From an uncultured Clostridia bacterium (GTDB lineage Bacteria > Bacillota > Clostridia > TANB77 > CAG-508): 50,632 bases of DNA. Position numbers and translations under genes: made by a program. The stretch lies in contig CANQEX010000002.1 of assembly GCA_947596225.1 (NCBI GenBank), forward strand, positions 1 through 50,632, in the 5' to 3' direction. Positions 1-8,524 of this stretch are shown here, in pieces (within the stretch, counting starts at the first letter, position 1; each line of letters opens with the position of its first letter). The notes below the pieces were generated by a model that was not told the origin of the DNA, searched no databases, and saw nothing but the letters and a program-made list of their open reading frames with translations.

Positions 1-60
1 TTGCATGTCTTATGTGCGCCGCCAGCGTTTATCCTGAGCCAGGATCAAACTCTCTTGTTT
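1..60 (-). rRNA. rrs: 16S ribosomal RNA, extreme 5' end only (gene continues leftward out of the window)
   Basis: Reverse complement of 1-53 reads AGAGTTTGATCCTGGCTCAGGATAAACGCTGGCGGCGCACATAAGACATGCAA. This is the universal 27F site plus the start of 16S. The exact mature 5' end is uncertain by a few nt. Confidence 0.93.
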
Positions 61-229
61 ATGGTATCTATATTTTTTCAATATAAATCTGTTTGAGTTT
101 GAGCTTTCGCTCAATAAAATTTTTGGTAGTTTTTAACTACCGCTTGGTTTCTCTTAAAGGATATTTATTGTTTACTTTTCAATGTACTTTTTTAATTTTA
201 ACTTGTTCTTTTTCCTGTGAACAGTCATT

Positions 230-258
230 ATTTTAACACTATTAAATTTAGTTGTCAA
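230..258 (-). promoter_or_regulatory. sigma-A type promoter, rRNA operon proximal promoter (P2)
   Basis: Minus strand reads TTGACA (258-253), 17-nt spacer, TAAAAT (235-230). It lies about 170 nt upstream of the 16S 5' end. Confidence 0.5.
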
Positions 259-355
259 CACTTTTTAGAAAAATATTTAAAATATTTTTTTACATTATTT
301 TTTTATATCATATTCTAATAGTTTTTTACTAAATTTATTTAGCGGACTAAAATAA

Positions 356-384
356 ATTTTAGCACCTTCCCTATCTATTGTCAA
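356..384 (-). promoter_or_regulatory. sigma-A type promoter, rRNA operon distal promoter (P1)
   Basis: Minus strand reads TTGACA (384-379), 17-nt spacer, TAAAAT (361-356). Same architecture as P2; tandem promoters are typical of rRNA operons. Confidence 0.5.
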
Positions 385-495
385 TAAGTTTTTGTTAAAA
401 TTTATTATGTAAATTTTGGTAATTATTTTTATTACTCTATATTAATCTTATTATTAAATTATTAGTTACTAGATTATTAATTATATAATAAAAAA

Positions 496-526
496 ATAAA
501 CTTTATGTACAATGCATAAAGTTTAT
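496..526. terminator. bidirectional intrinsic terminator downstream of the 469-aa gene
   Basis: 12-bp perfect stem ATAAACTTTATG / CATAAAGTTTAT with a 7-nt loop. It is flanked by an A-run (491-495) and a T-run (527-530). Confidence 0.6.
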
Positions 527-547
527 TTTTTACTTAATTTACTATGA

Positions 548-1957
548 TTAATTATCCAATAAATCTTTTGTTTCTTTACCTTTGTCTTTTCCTTCTTTTT
601 GATTTTTCTCTCTTTTAACAGTTTCTGCTAATACTTCATCAATCATTGTTTTTGTTGGTTTTATACCTTCTCTAATTGATTTTGGATTATATTTTCTTGT
701 ACCATTTGTTTCTTCATCTATATGTGCTAATGTTCTAGCACCATTATAAATGTTATCAAATTTAGTATCTGGATACTCTATTCCAGCTCTTGAAAGAACT
801 GAATCTATTCCTGAATGGCTTATTTTTCTCAAAATAGCGCGTGTATCATTTGCTGACAATCCTTCTTGTGCAAATATTCTTGCTATATTTAATGCCGTAA
901 CTGATTTTGCATATTTTAAAAGTTTTTTAGCTTGTTTATCTGAAAGTCCAAATTCTGTTTTAGCTTTTTCCATAACTTCTTTATAAAATTTCTTTTTGTG
1001 AGCGTTTCTTTTATGAACTTGTTCATTATATTCTTTAAATGATCCTTCATCTCCTGTTAAAATACTAAATCTATCTACAGGAAATTTTTCATCAATTACT
1101 CCTCTATATTCTCTACTATTTCCCATACTTATATGAATATTTCTTTTTATAAATGGTTCTCCATTCTTATCAAGCATAACATCTATACTGTATATTCCTG
1201 GCCAATAAGAACCTAAATATGTTCTTCCATCTTTTAACTCAACTCTTCTTCCTTTTAAAGAGAAAACTTGTGATATTGTTTCTGTATCTGCTAATTTTTC
1301 TAATTTACCTTTTCTTATATCTTCTGGACTCATTAAAGAATCATCTGGACAACTTGGGCCTCCTTTATGTGTTATAATTACACATTCGCCTTTTGCTATT
1401 GAAACTAGATTACTAATAATATCATTATAATCTTTTAATTGTAAATTAGGATTTTGATTTAATTCTTTTTCTATCTTATTTATAACAGTTTGAGCAACTC
1501 TTCTTTGTTCATCTGTCAAGTCAGAATTTTCAATAATATTATTATAATTTAAATTAGGGTTTTTTTTCATTTCTTTATTTATTCTAGTTCTTACTAAATT
1601 TTCAATTTCTTTTCTATATTCTTCTTTTAATTCTTCTGGTATTTTTTCACCTTTACCACTTTGATCAAATTCTTCTAACTTAATTTCAATTTCCTCTCCA
1701 TTTTTATGTACTAAAGAATATTTTGTTCCTGCTCCTCTTAATACTGTATCAGGTTTTATTCTTTCGTATTCTTCTGGAATATCTTCAGGATTAAATTCTA
1801 TCCTTTCTATCTTGTTTCCAGAATTAGTATAATTTCCCCATCTATGTATTCTATAATATTTTCCTTCAATTTCAACAATACTTGTCCAATCTTCACAATA
1901 TGGATTTCTACCTCCAAAATAAGATGAACCTTCTGTATAAATCAATTTTCCCTTCAT
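548..1957 (-). CDS. hypothetical protein, 469 aa, no family recognised
   Basis: Long ORF with ATG start and GGAGG 7 nt upstream. Internal NPNL..(Y)N(N/D)II duplication, charged coiled-coil-like middle, lysine-rich tail. No catalytic motif identified. Confidence 0.7.
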   Translation of the reverse strand: MKGKLIYTEGSSYFGGRNPYCEDWTSIVEIEGKYYRIHRWGNYTNSGNKIERIEFNPEDIPEEYERIKPDTVLRGAGTKYSLVHKNGEEIEIKLEEFDQSGKGEKIPEELKEEYRKEIENLVRTRINKEMKKNPNLNYNNIIENSDLTDEQRRVAQTVINKIEKELNQNPNLQLKDYNDIISNLVSIAKGECVIITHKGGPSCPDDSLMSPEDIRKGKLEKLADTETISQVFSLKGRRVELKDGRTYLGSYWPGIYSIDVMLDKNGEPFIKRNIHISMGNSREYRGVIDEKFPVDRFSILTGDEGSFKEYNEQVHKRNAHKKKFYKEVMEKAKTEFGLSDKQAKKLLKYAKSVTALNIARIFAQEGLSANDTRAILRKISHSGIDSVLSRAGIEYPDTKFDNIYNGARTLAHIDEETNGTRKYNPKSIREGIKPTKTMIDEVLAETVKREKNQKEGKDKGKETKDLLDN

Positions 1958-1982
1958 TTTTATACCTCCATAAATTTTTAAT

Positions 1983-2324
1983 TTACATATTTTTATTAAA
2001 TAATTTTTCTGGATTATATTTTTCTCTTAACTGCTTTTGAAATTTTTCTTCATTTTTTTGAATTTCAATTTCAAATAATTTTCTTTCTTCTTTATTTGCC
2101 CAGTATTTTAAATATATTATTCCAAGCAAAGCCTCTGTTTCTGGTTTTAATTGTAATTCTTTTACAGATTTTGAATAATCAAAATGAGCTTTATATGTAT
2201 TAGATTTGTTTTGTTCTAGAAAATTAATAAAACTTTTAGGTATTTTTTTTACGTAAACTTCATCTGTAAAATTTAATATTTCTAATACTTCTGATACAGC
2301 TTCTCTATAATTTATATCTGTCAT
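1983..2324 (-). CDS. hypothetical small protein, 113 aa, first gene of a two-gene unit with 548-1957
   Basis: ORF with a very strong SD (AAGGAAGGAGGG) upstream of the ATG. Its stop lies 25 nt upstream of the start of the next gene. No family recognised. Confidence 0.65.
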   Translation of the reverse strand: MTDINYREAVSEVLEILNFTDEVYVKKIPKSFINFLEQNKSNTYKAHFDYSKSVKELQLKPETEALLGIIYLKYWANKEERKLFEIEIQKNEEKFQKQLREKYNPEKLFNKNM

Positions 2325-2351
2325 ATAACCCTCCTTCCTTTCTACTTACAT

Positions 2352-2381
2352 ATACTATTTTGGTTTGCGCGCATAAATCAA
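2352..2381 (-). promoter_or_regulatory. candidate sigma-A promoter for the 113-aa/469-aa gene pair
   Basis: Minus strand reads TTGATT (2381-2376), 18-nt spacer, TAGTAT (2357-2352). It lies directly after a terminator hairpin and about 30 nt upstream of the ATG at 2324. Confidence 0.3.
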
Positions 2382-2384
2382 AAA

Positions 2385-2411
2385 GGTATATGTAAATTTT
2401 TTACATATACC
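2385..2411 (-). terminator. intrinsic terminator hairpin (second of two downstream of sdaA)
   Basis: 11-bp stem GGTATATGTAA / TTACATATACC with a 5-nt loop. Followed on the minus strand by TTTTT (2380-2384). Confidence 0.5.
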
Positions 2412-2436
2412 CTAAATCTTCCTTTTATTCATAAAA

Positions 2437-2475
2437 GACTTATTATATATGTAAAAATCACATATATAACAAGTC
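2437..2475 (-). terminator. intrinsic terminator hairpin (first of two downstream of sdaA)
   Basis: 16-bp stem with one mismatch (GACTTATTATATATGT / ACATATATAACAAGTC) and a 7-nt loop. Followed on the minus strand by TTTTAT. Confidence 0.5.
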
Positions 2476-2621
2476 TCATCATTTAATGTAAAGCCAGATT
2501 TGAAAATCGGTTGTTGACTTTACCACATAATTTATATTTAAATTATATTGATTACTCCCTTGTCACAATATTATGTTAACATATTTTCCAAATTATGTCA
2601 ACCCTTTTTTGAAAAATTTTT

Positions 2622-3851
2622 TTATTCCTTCATTTCTTTATTATAAAATTTATTTCTACAATATTTTTTAGCAATCCCACCTTCACTTGTTTCTCTATAA
2701 TGACTTTGCAAATCTTTACCAGTTTCATACATTGTTTCAATAACTAAATCTAAAGAAACCATTGTGTGTTGCTCAAGCATAATTGATAAAAAACTAGCAT
2801 CAACTGCTCGCATTGCTGCAACTGCATTTCTTTCAATACATGGAATTTGTACATAACCATATATTGGATCACAAGTTAAACCTAAATGATGTTCCATGGC
2901 AATTTCAGCAGAATTTTCAATTCTATTTATATCTAAACCTAAAAGATATGAACATGCTGCAGCAGCCATTGAACAAGCTGTTCCAATTTCAGCTTGACAT
3001 CCACATTCTGCACCACTTATTGAAGCATTTGTTTTAATTATATTTCCAATTATTCCAGCTACTGCTAAAGATTTTACAATTTTCTCATCAGAAATATTGT
3101 ATTCATTTTGCATATAATATAAAACTGCTGGTAATACTCCTGATGCTCCGCAAGTAGGTGCTGTTACTATTACTCCACCACAAGCATTCTCTTCACTAGT
3201 TGCATATGAATATGCACTTAATAATCTTGTTCTTCTTAAAGTATTATCTTCATTTTCCATTTTCTTTTCATAAATATCTTTTGCTTTTCTTTGAAGTTTT
3301 AGTTTTCCAGGTATTGTTCCAGAAGAATTTAAACCATTATTTATTGTAGTTTTCATTGAGTTCCAAATTTCAGTTAAAAATTCTTTTATATTTTCTCCTT
3401 CTCTACTACAAACATATTCATATAAATCTATATTATTTTCTTTACAATAAGATTTAATTTCACTCCAATTTTTTTCTTTATATATATCTAGTATATCAAT
3501 TTCTTCTTCACCTTCTACTTTAAATGTTCCACCACCTATTGAATATACTCTCCATTTATCTATAATTTCATCATTATTATATGCAAATATGTCAAATGTA
3601 TTTGGATGAACATCACATTTGGTTTCTTCATCAAATATTATTTCACATTCATAATCACTTAAAACTTTTCTTATTATATAATCTGTTAAATGACCTTTTC
3701 CAGTTAAAGCAAGTGAACCATATAAAATAATTTTAAATTTTGTTGCATTATTATATTTATTTCTAAATAATTCTACTGCTCTTTTTGGTCCCATTGTATG
3801 TGAACTTGATGGTCCATTTCCAATTTTATATAACTCTTTTAAAGATTGCAT
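2622..3851 (-). CDS. sdaA: L-serine ammonia-lyase (iron-sulfur dependent L-serine dehydratase), single-chain form, 409 aa
   Basis: N-terminus MQSLKELYKIGNGPSSSHTMGPKRA carries the GPSSSHT signature of Fe-S serine dehydratases. Cys-rich C-terminal half (TAPTCGASG, GAECGCQAEIG). AGGAGG SD. Confidence 0.85.
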   Translation of the reverse strand: MQSLKELYKIGNGPSSSHTMGPKRAVELFRNKYNNATKFKIILYGSLALTGKGHLTDYIIRKVLSDYECEIIFDEETKCDVHPNTFDIFAYNNDEIIDKWRVYSIGGGTFKVEGEEEIDILDIYKEKNWSEIKSYCKENNIDLYEYVCSREGENIKEFLTEIWNSMKTTINNGLNSSGTIPGKLKLQRKAKDIYEKKMENEDNTLRRTRLLSAYSYATSEENACGGVIVTAPTCGASGVLPAVLYYMQNEYNISDEKIVKSLAVAGIIGNIIKTNASISGAECGCQAEIGTACSMAAAACSYLLGLDINRIENSAEIAMEHHLGLTCDPIYGYVQIPCIERNAVAAMRAVDASFLSIMLEQHTMVSLDLVIETMYETGKDLQSHYRETSEGGIAKKYCRNKFYNKEMKE

Positions 3852-3859
3852 ATAACCTC

Positions 3860-4579
3860 CTAAATTTTTATTGTACTTTCTAATGCAAGTTTAATCATTC
3901 CATCTAATGCTAATTCTCTTTCTTCTGAAGATAATTGGTCTTCTTTATATTGTGAATCTGCAACAGTCAATAAACATGCTGCTTTTTTTCCTAAATATTT
4001 TGCTGTACAAAAAAGAGCATAACATTCCATTTCAGAAACAATTATATTATATTCTTTTGGAAATCTTTCAATTAATCCTTTTGCATTTTCTATATAATGA
4101 TCAAAACATTCTGTACTTGCCTCATTTCCTTTTATTATTTTTATATTCAATTGTTTTGACGTTTCTTCAATTATTTTATTCAATTCTTCAGATGCTTTTA
4201 AAATATGATTTTCCTCATCTGTTAAAATTTTAGAAAAAGAACCTTCATTATAAGAATTTTCTACTAATATTATATCTAAAAGATTTAGATTTTCTACATC
4301 TGCTCCACAAGAGCCTATTCTAATAATATTTTCAACTTCATAAAATTTATATAATTCATAACAATAAATTCCCATACTTGGCATTCCCATACCAGAAGCC
4401 ATTACTGTTATTTCTTTACCTTTATATTTTCCAGTATACGCATACATTCCTCTTACTTGATTTACTAATTTATAATCTTCTAAATATTTTTCTGCTATAT
4501 GTTTTGCTCTCATTGGATCTCCTGGCATTACAACTGTTTTTGCAATTTCTCCTAATTTTGCTTCATTATGTATTGGCAT
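3860..4579 (-). CDS. deoD: purine nucleoside phosphorylase, DeoD type, 239 aa
   Basis: MPGDPMRAKHIAEKYLED...VRGMYAYTGKYKGKEITVMASGMGMPSMGIY..SEMECYALF matches the hexameric DeoD pattern. AAAGGAGG SD. Lies 8 nt upstream of sdaA. Confidence 0.9.
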   Translation of the reverse strand: MPIHNEAKLGEIAKTVVMPGDPMRAKHIAEKYLEDYKLVNQVRGMYAYTGKYKGKEITVMASGMGMPSMGIYCYELYKFYEVENIIRIGSCGADVENLNLLDIILVENSYNEGSFSKILTDEENHILKASEELNKIIEETSKQLNIKIIKGNEASTECFDHYIENAKGLIERFPKEYNIIVSEMECYALFCTAKYLGKKAACLLTVADSQYKEDQLSSEERELALDGMIKLALESTIKI

Positions 4580-4612
4580 AATATTCCTCCTTTATTTTGT
4601 AAATTTTTAAAA

Positions 4613-4641
4613 ATTATATCATTGAGCTTTTTATTATTCAA
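4613..4641 (-). promoter_or_regulatory. sigma-A promoter for deoD-sdaA
   Basis: Minus strand reads TTGAAT (4641-4636), 17-nt spacer, TATAAT (4618-4613), about 35 nt upstream of the deoD ATG. Confidence 0.5.
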
Positions 4642-4698
4642 TCATAATTTAAGTTTTTACATTACTAAAAAGTAATTTATATATAATTTTATGAAGTG

Positions 4699-4990
4699 AT
4701 GCGTAAGCGACCAACTGTAGCGAAGCGAAAGGCGATTGGAGCAATCTTCTTATTTTTTATAAAATATAATTAAGAAGATTGCGACAAACAAATCACAAAT
4801 AAAATTATATATAAATACTTTTTTATGTATAATTTTATAAAATAATGCGTAAGCGACCAACTGTAGCGAAGCGAAAGGCGATTGGAGCAATCTTCTTATT
4901 TTTTATAAAATATAATTAAGAAGATTGCGACAAACAAATCACAAATAAAATTATATATAAATACTTTTTTATGTATAATTTTATAAAATA
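4699..4990. repeat. perfect direct tandem repeat, 2 x 146 bp, with GC-rich core and internal 12-bp inverted repeat
   Basis: 4699-4844 and 4845-4990 are identical base for base. Partial AT-rich copies lie on both flanks. Each unit holds a purine-rich GC island and the inverted repeat GCAATCTTCTTA-18 nt-TAAGAAGATTGC (first copy 4741-4782). Confidence 0.95.
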
Positions 4991-5018
4991 ATTATATATA
5001 AATATTTTTTCAATTAAT

Positions 5019-5055
5019 AAAAGTAGAATGTTTAAACTTTTTACATTCTACTTTT
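5019..5055 (-). terminator. intrinsic terminator of spo0A
   Basis: 13-bp stem AAAAGTAGAATGT / ACATTCTACTTTT with an 11-nt loop, starting 9 nt after the spo0A stop. Confidence 0.6.
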
Positions 5056-5064
5056 ATTAAAATT

Positions 5065-5883
5065 TTACGCACTCTTTAAATCTAATCTTAATTTATCAGC
5101 AATCATTGCTATAAATTCTGAATTAGTTGGTTTGCCTTTATTTGAGTTTACTGTATACCCAAATATACTTTCAACTGTTTCTATTTGACCTCTATTCCAA
5201 GCAACTTCTATTGCATGTCTAATTGCTCTTTCTACTCTTGATGGAGTAGTTTTATATTTTTTTGCAAGATCTGGATATAATTGTTTTGTTATTTGATTAA
5301 TAACTTCTATATTATTAACTACCATTATAATTCCATCTCTTAAATATTGGTATCCTTTTATATGAGCTGGTACTCCAATCTCATGGATGATATTTGTAAC
5401 TTTTATTTCTAATATTTCTTCTTTACTTGCTTGATTATTGATAACTACATAATTACTCTTTTGTTCTTTTGTATTTATCATTTGTGGTTTTATTTTTGGC
5501 TCTGCTGGATTATTTACTAATTCTCTTATTCGTTTCATTAATACATCCATTTTGAAAGGTTTAAGGATATAATATTGTGCTCCTAAATTTATAGCTTGAG
5601 CAGTAACATTATCTTGTCCTACAGCTGACAACATTACACAAATAGGTAAATTAATATTTGACGAAATTAGTTTTTCTAAGACTCCTAATCCATCTAAATG
5701 TGGCATAATTACATCTAACAATGCAACATCCGGTTTTTCTGTTATTATTTTATTATATGCTTCTTGTCCATCTTTTGCAGTTGCTATTACTTCTACATCT
5801 TCTTGTGTTGAAAAATATGTAATTAATGTAGAAACAAAATCTATATTGTCATCTGCAATAAGTATTTTGATTTTTTCTTTCAA
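5065..5883 (-). CDS. spo0A: sporulation master response regulator Spo0A, 272 aa from a TTG start
   Basis: Receiver domain (KILIADDN...[10 protein letters not shown]) plus the Spo0A-specific C-terminal DNA-binding domain ([20 protein letters not shown]...[18 protein letters not shown]). The track ORF runs to 5976, but AAAGGAGGG sits 6 nt upstream of the in-frame TTG at 5883, which gives the canonical length. Confidence 0.92.
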   Translation of the reverse strand: MKEKIKILIADDNIDFVSTLITYFSTQEDVEVIATAKDGQEAYNKIITEKPDVALLDVIMPHLDGLGVLEKLISSNINLPICVMLSAVGQDNVTAQAINLGAQYYILKPFKMDVLMKRIRELVNNPAEPKIKPQMINTKEQKSNYVVINNQASKEEILEIKVTNIIHEIGVPAHIKGYQYLRDGIIMVVNNIEVINQITKQLYPDLAKKYKTTPSRVERAIRHAIEVAWNRGQIETVESIFGYTVNSNKGKPTNSEFIAMIADKLRLDLKSA

Positions 5884-5926
5884 AATATTCCCTCCTTTTT
5901 TTAATGTGTAAATATTTACAAAACGA

Positions 5927-5955
5927 ATTATATTACTTTGAAAAATATTATGCAA
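5927..5955 (-). promoter_or_regulatory. sigma-A type promoter upstream of spo0A
   Basis: Minus strand reads TTGCAT (5955-5950), 17-nt spacer, TATAAT (5932-5927), about 44 nt upstream of the TTG start. Confidence 0.45.
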
Positions 5956-6004
5956 TGATTTTTGTTCAATTTTCAAGACTTTCGCATTTCAACATTCTAC
6001 AATT

Positions 6005-6011
6005 TTCGACA
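6005..6011 (-). promoter_or_regulatory. candidate Spo0A-binding 0A box
   Basis: The minus strand reads TGTCGAA, the exact 0A-box consensus, about 50 nt upstream of the candidate -35. This fits spo0A autoregulation, but a 7-mer can occur by chance. Confidence 0.35.
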
Positions 6012-6074
6012 TATTATTTTCTTTGATAAAAAAGATGTTGAATTTTTGAAAAAAAATACCTAAAATAAATTATT

Positions 6075-6701
6075 TTAGATATTTTGAATTATATATTTTT
6101 CCTTTATAATATTTATATCATTTATTTTGAAATTTAAATCATTTATATTTTTTAATATATTATTATATTCATTTTTGCTAATATCTATATATATTTCTAC
6201 ATTTTCCAAATATTCAATATTTGCTATTTTAATATCTTTTTGATTTAAATAATACTTTATTTTTTCTAAATCTTGATATGTAGATATTATTCTTACTTCT
6301 AATCCTTGCTCTTTTTTTACTTCTACTATCTTTTTTAAAGCTTCTTGCATAGATGAAGTATAAGCTCTTACTAAACCACCTGTACCTAAAAGTATTCCTC
6401 CAAAATATCTAGTAACTATTACTAAAATATTTGTTAGTTCTTTAGAATTGATAATATTTAACATTGGAGCTCCTGCAGTTCCTGAAGGTTCACCATCATC
6501 ACTACAACGATTTATTATTCCATTTTCAGAAAAGATGCTATAAGCATAGCAATTATGTCTTGCATCAAAATATTTCTTTTTTACTTCTTTTATTTTGTTT
6601 TCTGCCTCTTCTACACTTTCTACATAAAAAATATTAGCTATAAATTTTGACTTTTTTTCTATGATTTCTGCTGTAGTATTATTTGAAATAGTTTTAAACA
6701 T
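6075..6701 (-). CDS. YigZ / IMPACT-family protein (UPF0029), 208 aa
   Basis: IIEKKSKFIANIF...ARHNCYAYSI...DDGEPSGTAGAPML...VVTRYFGGILLGTGGLVRAY is the conserved YigZ N-terminal domain pattern. Confidence 0.85.
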   Translation of the reverse strand: MFKTISNNTTAEIIEKKSKFIANIFYVESVEEAENKIKEVKKKYFDARHNCYAYSIFSENGIINRCSDDGEPSGTAGAPMLNIINSKELTNILVIVTRYFGGILLGTGGLVRAYTSSMQEALKKIVEVKKEQGLEVRIISTYQDLEKIKYYLNQKDIKIANIEYLENVEIYIDISKNEYNNILKNINDLNFKINDINIIKEKYIIQNI

Positions 6702-6716
6702 AGCTTTTCTCCTATA

Positions 6717-7964
6717 TTAATTTAAACCTGCTGTATATCCAGTTGAATATGCAATTTGAAGATTAAAACCACCAGTATATGCATCAACATCAATAATTTC
6801 TCCAGCAAAATATAGTCCTTTTACTAATTTTGATTCCATTGTTTTTGGATTAATTTCCTTTATAGAAACTCCTCCTGCTGTTATAATAGCTTCTTCTACT
6901 GGTCTAAATCCATTTATTGTAATTTCAAGATTTTTTAATAAATTAACTAACTTTAATCTTTCTTCTTTTGTTATACTATTTACTTTTTTATTACTATCAA
7001 TTTTTGATAATTTTATAATAGGATCTATCATTTTCTTTGGTAATAATTTATCTAAACTATTTTTAAATTCTTTATTTATACTTTCACTAAAATCTCTTCT
7101 AATTCTTAAATCTAATTCTTCATTTGTAAGTGCAGGTTTTAAATCTATAAATAATTTTATATTACCTTCTTTTAATGATTTATCAATATTTTTATATCTT
7201 ACTAAATGTGCTGAACTACTTAAAATTGTAGGTCCACTTACACCAAAATGTGTAAATAACATTTCTCCAAAATCATCATATATTTTTTTATTATTCATTA
7301 CATCTTTAATTAAAATTTTTACATTTCTTAAAGATAGTCCTTGCATACTTTGACACAAAGTTTTATCTGCTATTAATGGTACTAATGAACCTCTTATATT
7401 TTCGATTGTGTGTCCTAACTCTTTTACCATTTTATATCCATCTCCATTTGAACCTGTTAATGGATAACTTTTTCCTCCTGTTGCAATTATTATTTTATCA
7501 GCATTAATTATTTTGCCTGATTCTAACTGTACACCTGACACTTTATTGTTATCATGTAGAATTTTTCTTACATTTGAATTGATTTCTATTTCAATATTAG
7601 GATATTTTTTTATTTCTTTTATAAAAGCATTTAAAACATCTTCTGCTTTATCTGTAACTGGAAATATTCTATTTCCTCTTTCTTGTTTTACTTTTAAACC
7701 ATTACTTTCTAATAAATTTATAATATCTGTATTAGTAAAATTCTGAAAACTGCTATATAAAAATTTCCCATTACCTGGTATATTTTTTATAAAATCATCA
7801 ATATCTATTGAACTTGTTATATTACATCTGCCTTTTCCTGTAATTAAAAGTTTTTTTCCTAAATTATTATTTTTTTCAAGTAAAATTACTTTATTTTTTC
7901 CTTTTGCACTAGAAATTGCTGACATCATTCCAGCTGGTCCTCCACCAACTACTATAACATTCAT
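6717..7964 (-). CDS. NAD(P)/FAD-dependent oxidoreductase of the HI0933 / BaiN family, 415 aa
   Basis: N-terminal dinucleotide fold VIVVGGGPAGMMSAI. Mid-protein GKGRCNITS motif and C-terminal GLYFAGEIIDVDAYTGGFNLQIAYSTG, typical of this flavoprotein family. Confidence 0.85.
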   Translation of the reverse strand: MNVIVVGGGPAGMMSAISSAKGKNKVILLEKNNNLGKKLLITGKGRCNITSSIDIDDFIKNIPGNGKFLYSSFQNFTNTDIINLLESNGLKVKQERGNRIFPVTDKAEDVLNAFIKEIKKYPNIEIEINSNVRKILHDNNKVSGVQLESGKIINADKIIIATGGKSYPLTGSNGDGYKMVKELGHTIENIRGSLVPLIADKTLCQSMQGLSLRNVKILIKDVMNNKKIYDDFGEMLFTHFGVSGPTILSSSAHLVRYKNIDKSLKEGNIKLFIDLKPALTNEELDLRIRRDFSESINKEFKNSLDKLLPKKMIDPIIKLSKIDSNKKVNSITKEERLKLVNLLKNLEITINGFRPVEEAIITAGGVSIKEINPKTMESKLVKGLYFAGEIIDVDAYTGGFNLQIAYSTGYTAGLN

Positions 7965-7973
7965 TTTATTTTC

Positions 7974-8522
7974 TTAAATAAGCTCCTTCCATATTTTATT
8001 TTTATTATAATCATCTTTTGTTATAAGATAACTGATTATTTTTCCTTCTATATTTGGAACTTCAAAAATCTTTTCTAATTTAAATCCAACTTTTTCAAGT
8101 ACTTTGCATGATGCAATATTTTTTTCTTTTACAAAACCTCTAAAATTACCTGTTTTTATATCTTTAAAAGCGACTTTTATCATATATGGTAATATTTCTG
8201 TATATGTGCCTTTTCCCCAAAATTCTTGTTTTAAATATATTGTAAATTCAAAACAATCTTCATCAAATAAATCTAATTTTATTAAAAATACACCTATAAA
8301 TTCCTCTGTTTCTTTATTTATTATTGCATATGGAAATTTTGTACCTTTTTTTAATTCTTCAAAATATTCATCAAAAAGTATTTTTGTGTCATTGATAGAT
8401 TTGTGTATCTTCATATTTAAGTTTTCTATTACATTTGGATTACTTAATATTTCAAATACATTATTTATATCTTCTTGTTTTAATTCTCTAAGTATAAATC
8501 TATTTGTTTTTATAGTTCTCAT
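7974..8522 (-). CDS. GNAT family N-acetyltransferase (RimJ/RimL-like), 182 aa
   Basis: TNRFILRELKQEDINNVFEIL start and a ..WGKGYTEIL..-type acetyl-CoA loop (QEFWGKGTYTE). Size and layout fit Acetyltransf_3/GNAT. Confidence 0.75.
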   Translation of the reverse strand: MRTIKTNRFILRELKQEDINNVFEILSNPNVIENLNMKIHKSINDTKILFDEYFEELKKGTKFPYAIINKETEEFIGVFLIKLDLFDEDCFEFTIYLKQEFWGKGTYTEILPYMIKVAFKDIKTGNFRGFVKEKNIASCKVLEKVGFKLEKIFEVPNIEGKIISYLITKDDYNKNKIWKELI

Positions 8523-8524
8523 TT

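Noticed and set aside
4699-4990. The tandem repeat read as a CRISPR array.
   Set aside because: There are only two units. The units are 146 bp and directly abutting, with no unique spacers. No cas genes are in the window.
4580-5064. A purine riboswitch or other known leader element upstream of deoD.
   Set aside because: The deoD promoter candidate lies only about 35 nt from the ATG. I could not find the conserved purine-riboswitch junction sequences (UAUAAU...CUACC-type core) on the minus strand.
5884-5976. 31-codon N-terminal extension of the Spo0A ORF in the track (TTG at 5976).
   Set aside because: The extension has no SD and reads through the real SD (AAAGGAGGG). It would add a non-conserved leader to a protein whose receiver domain normally starts within about 5 residues of the N-terminus.
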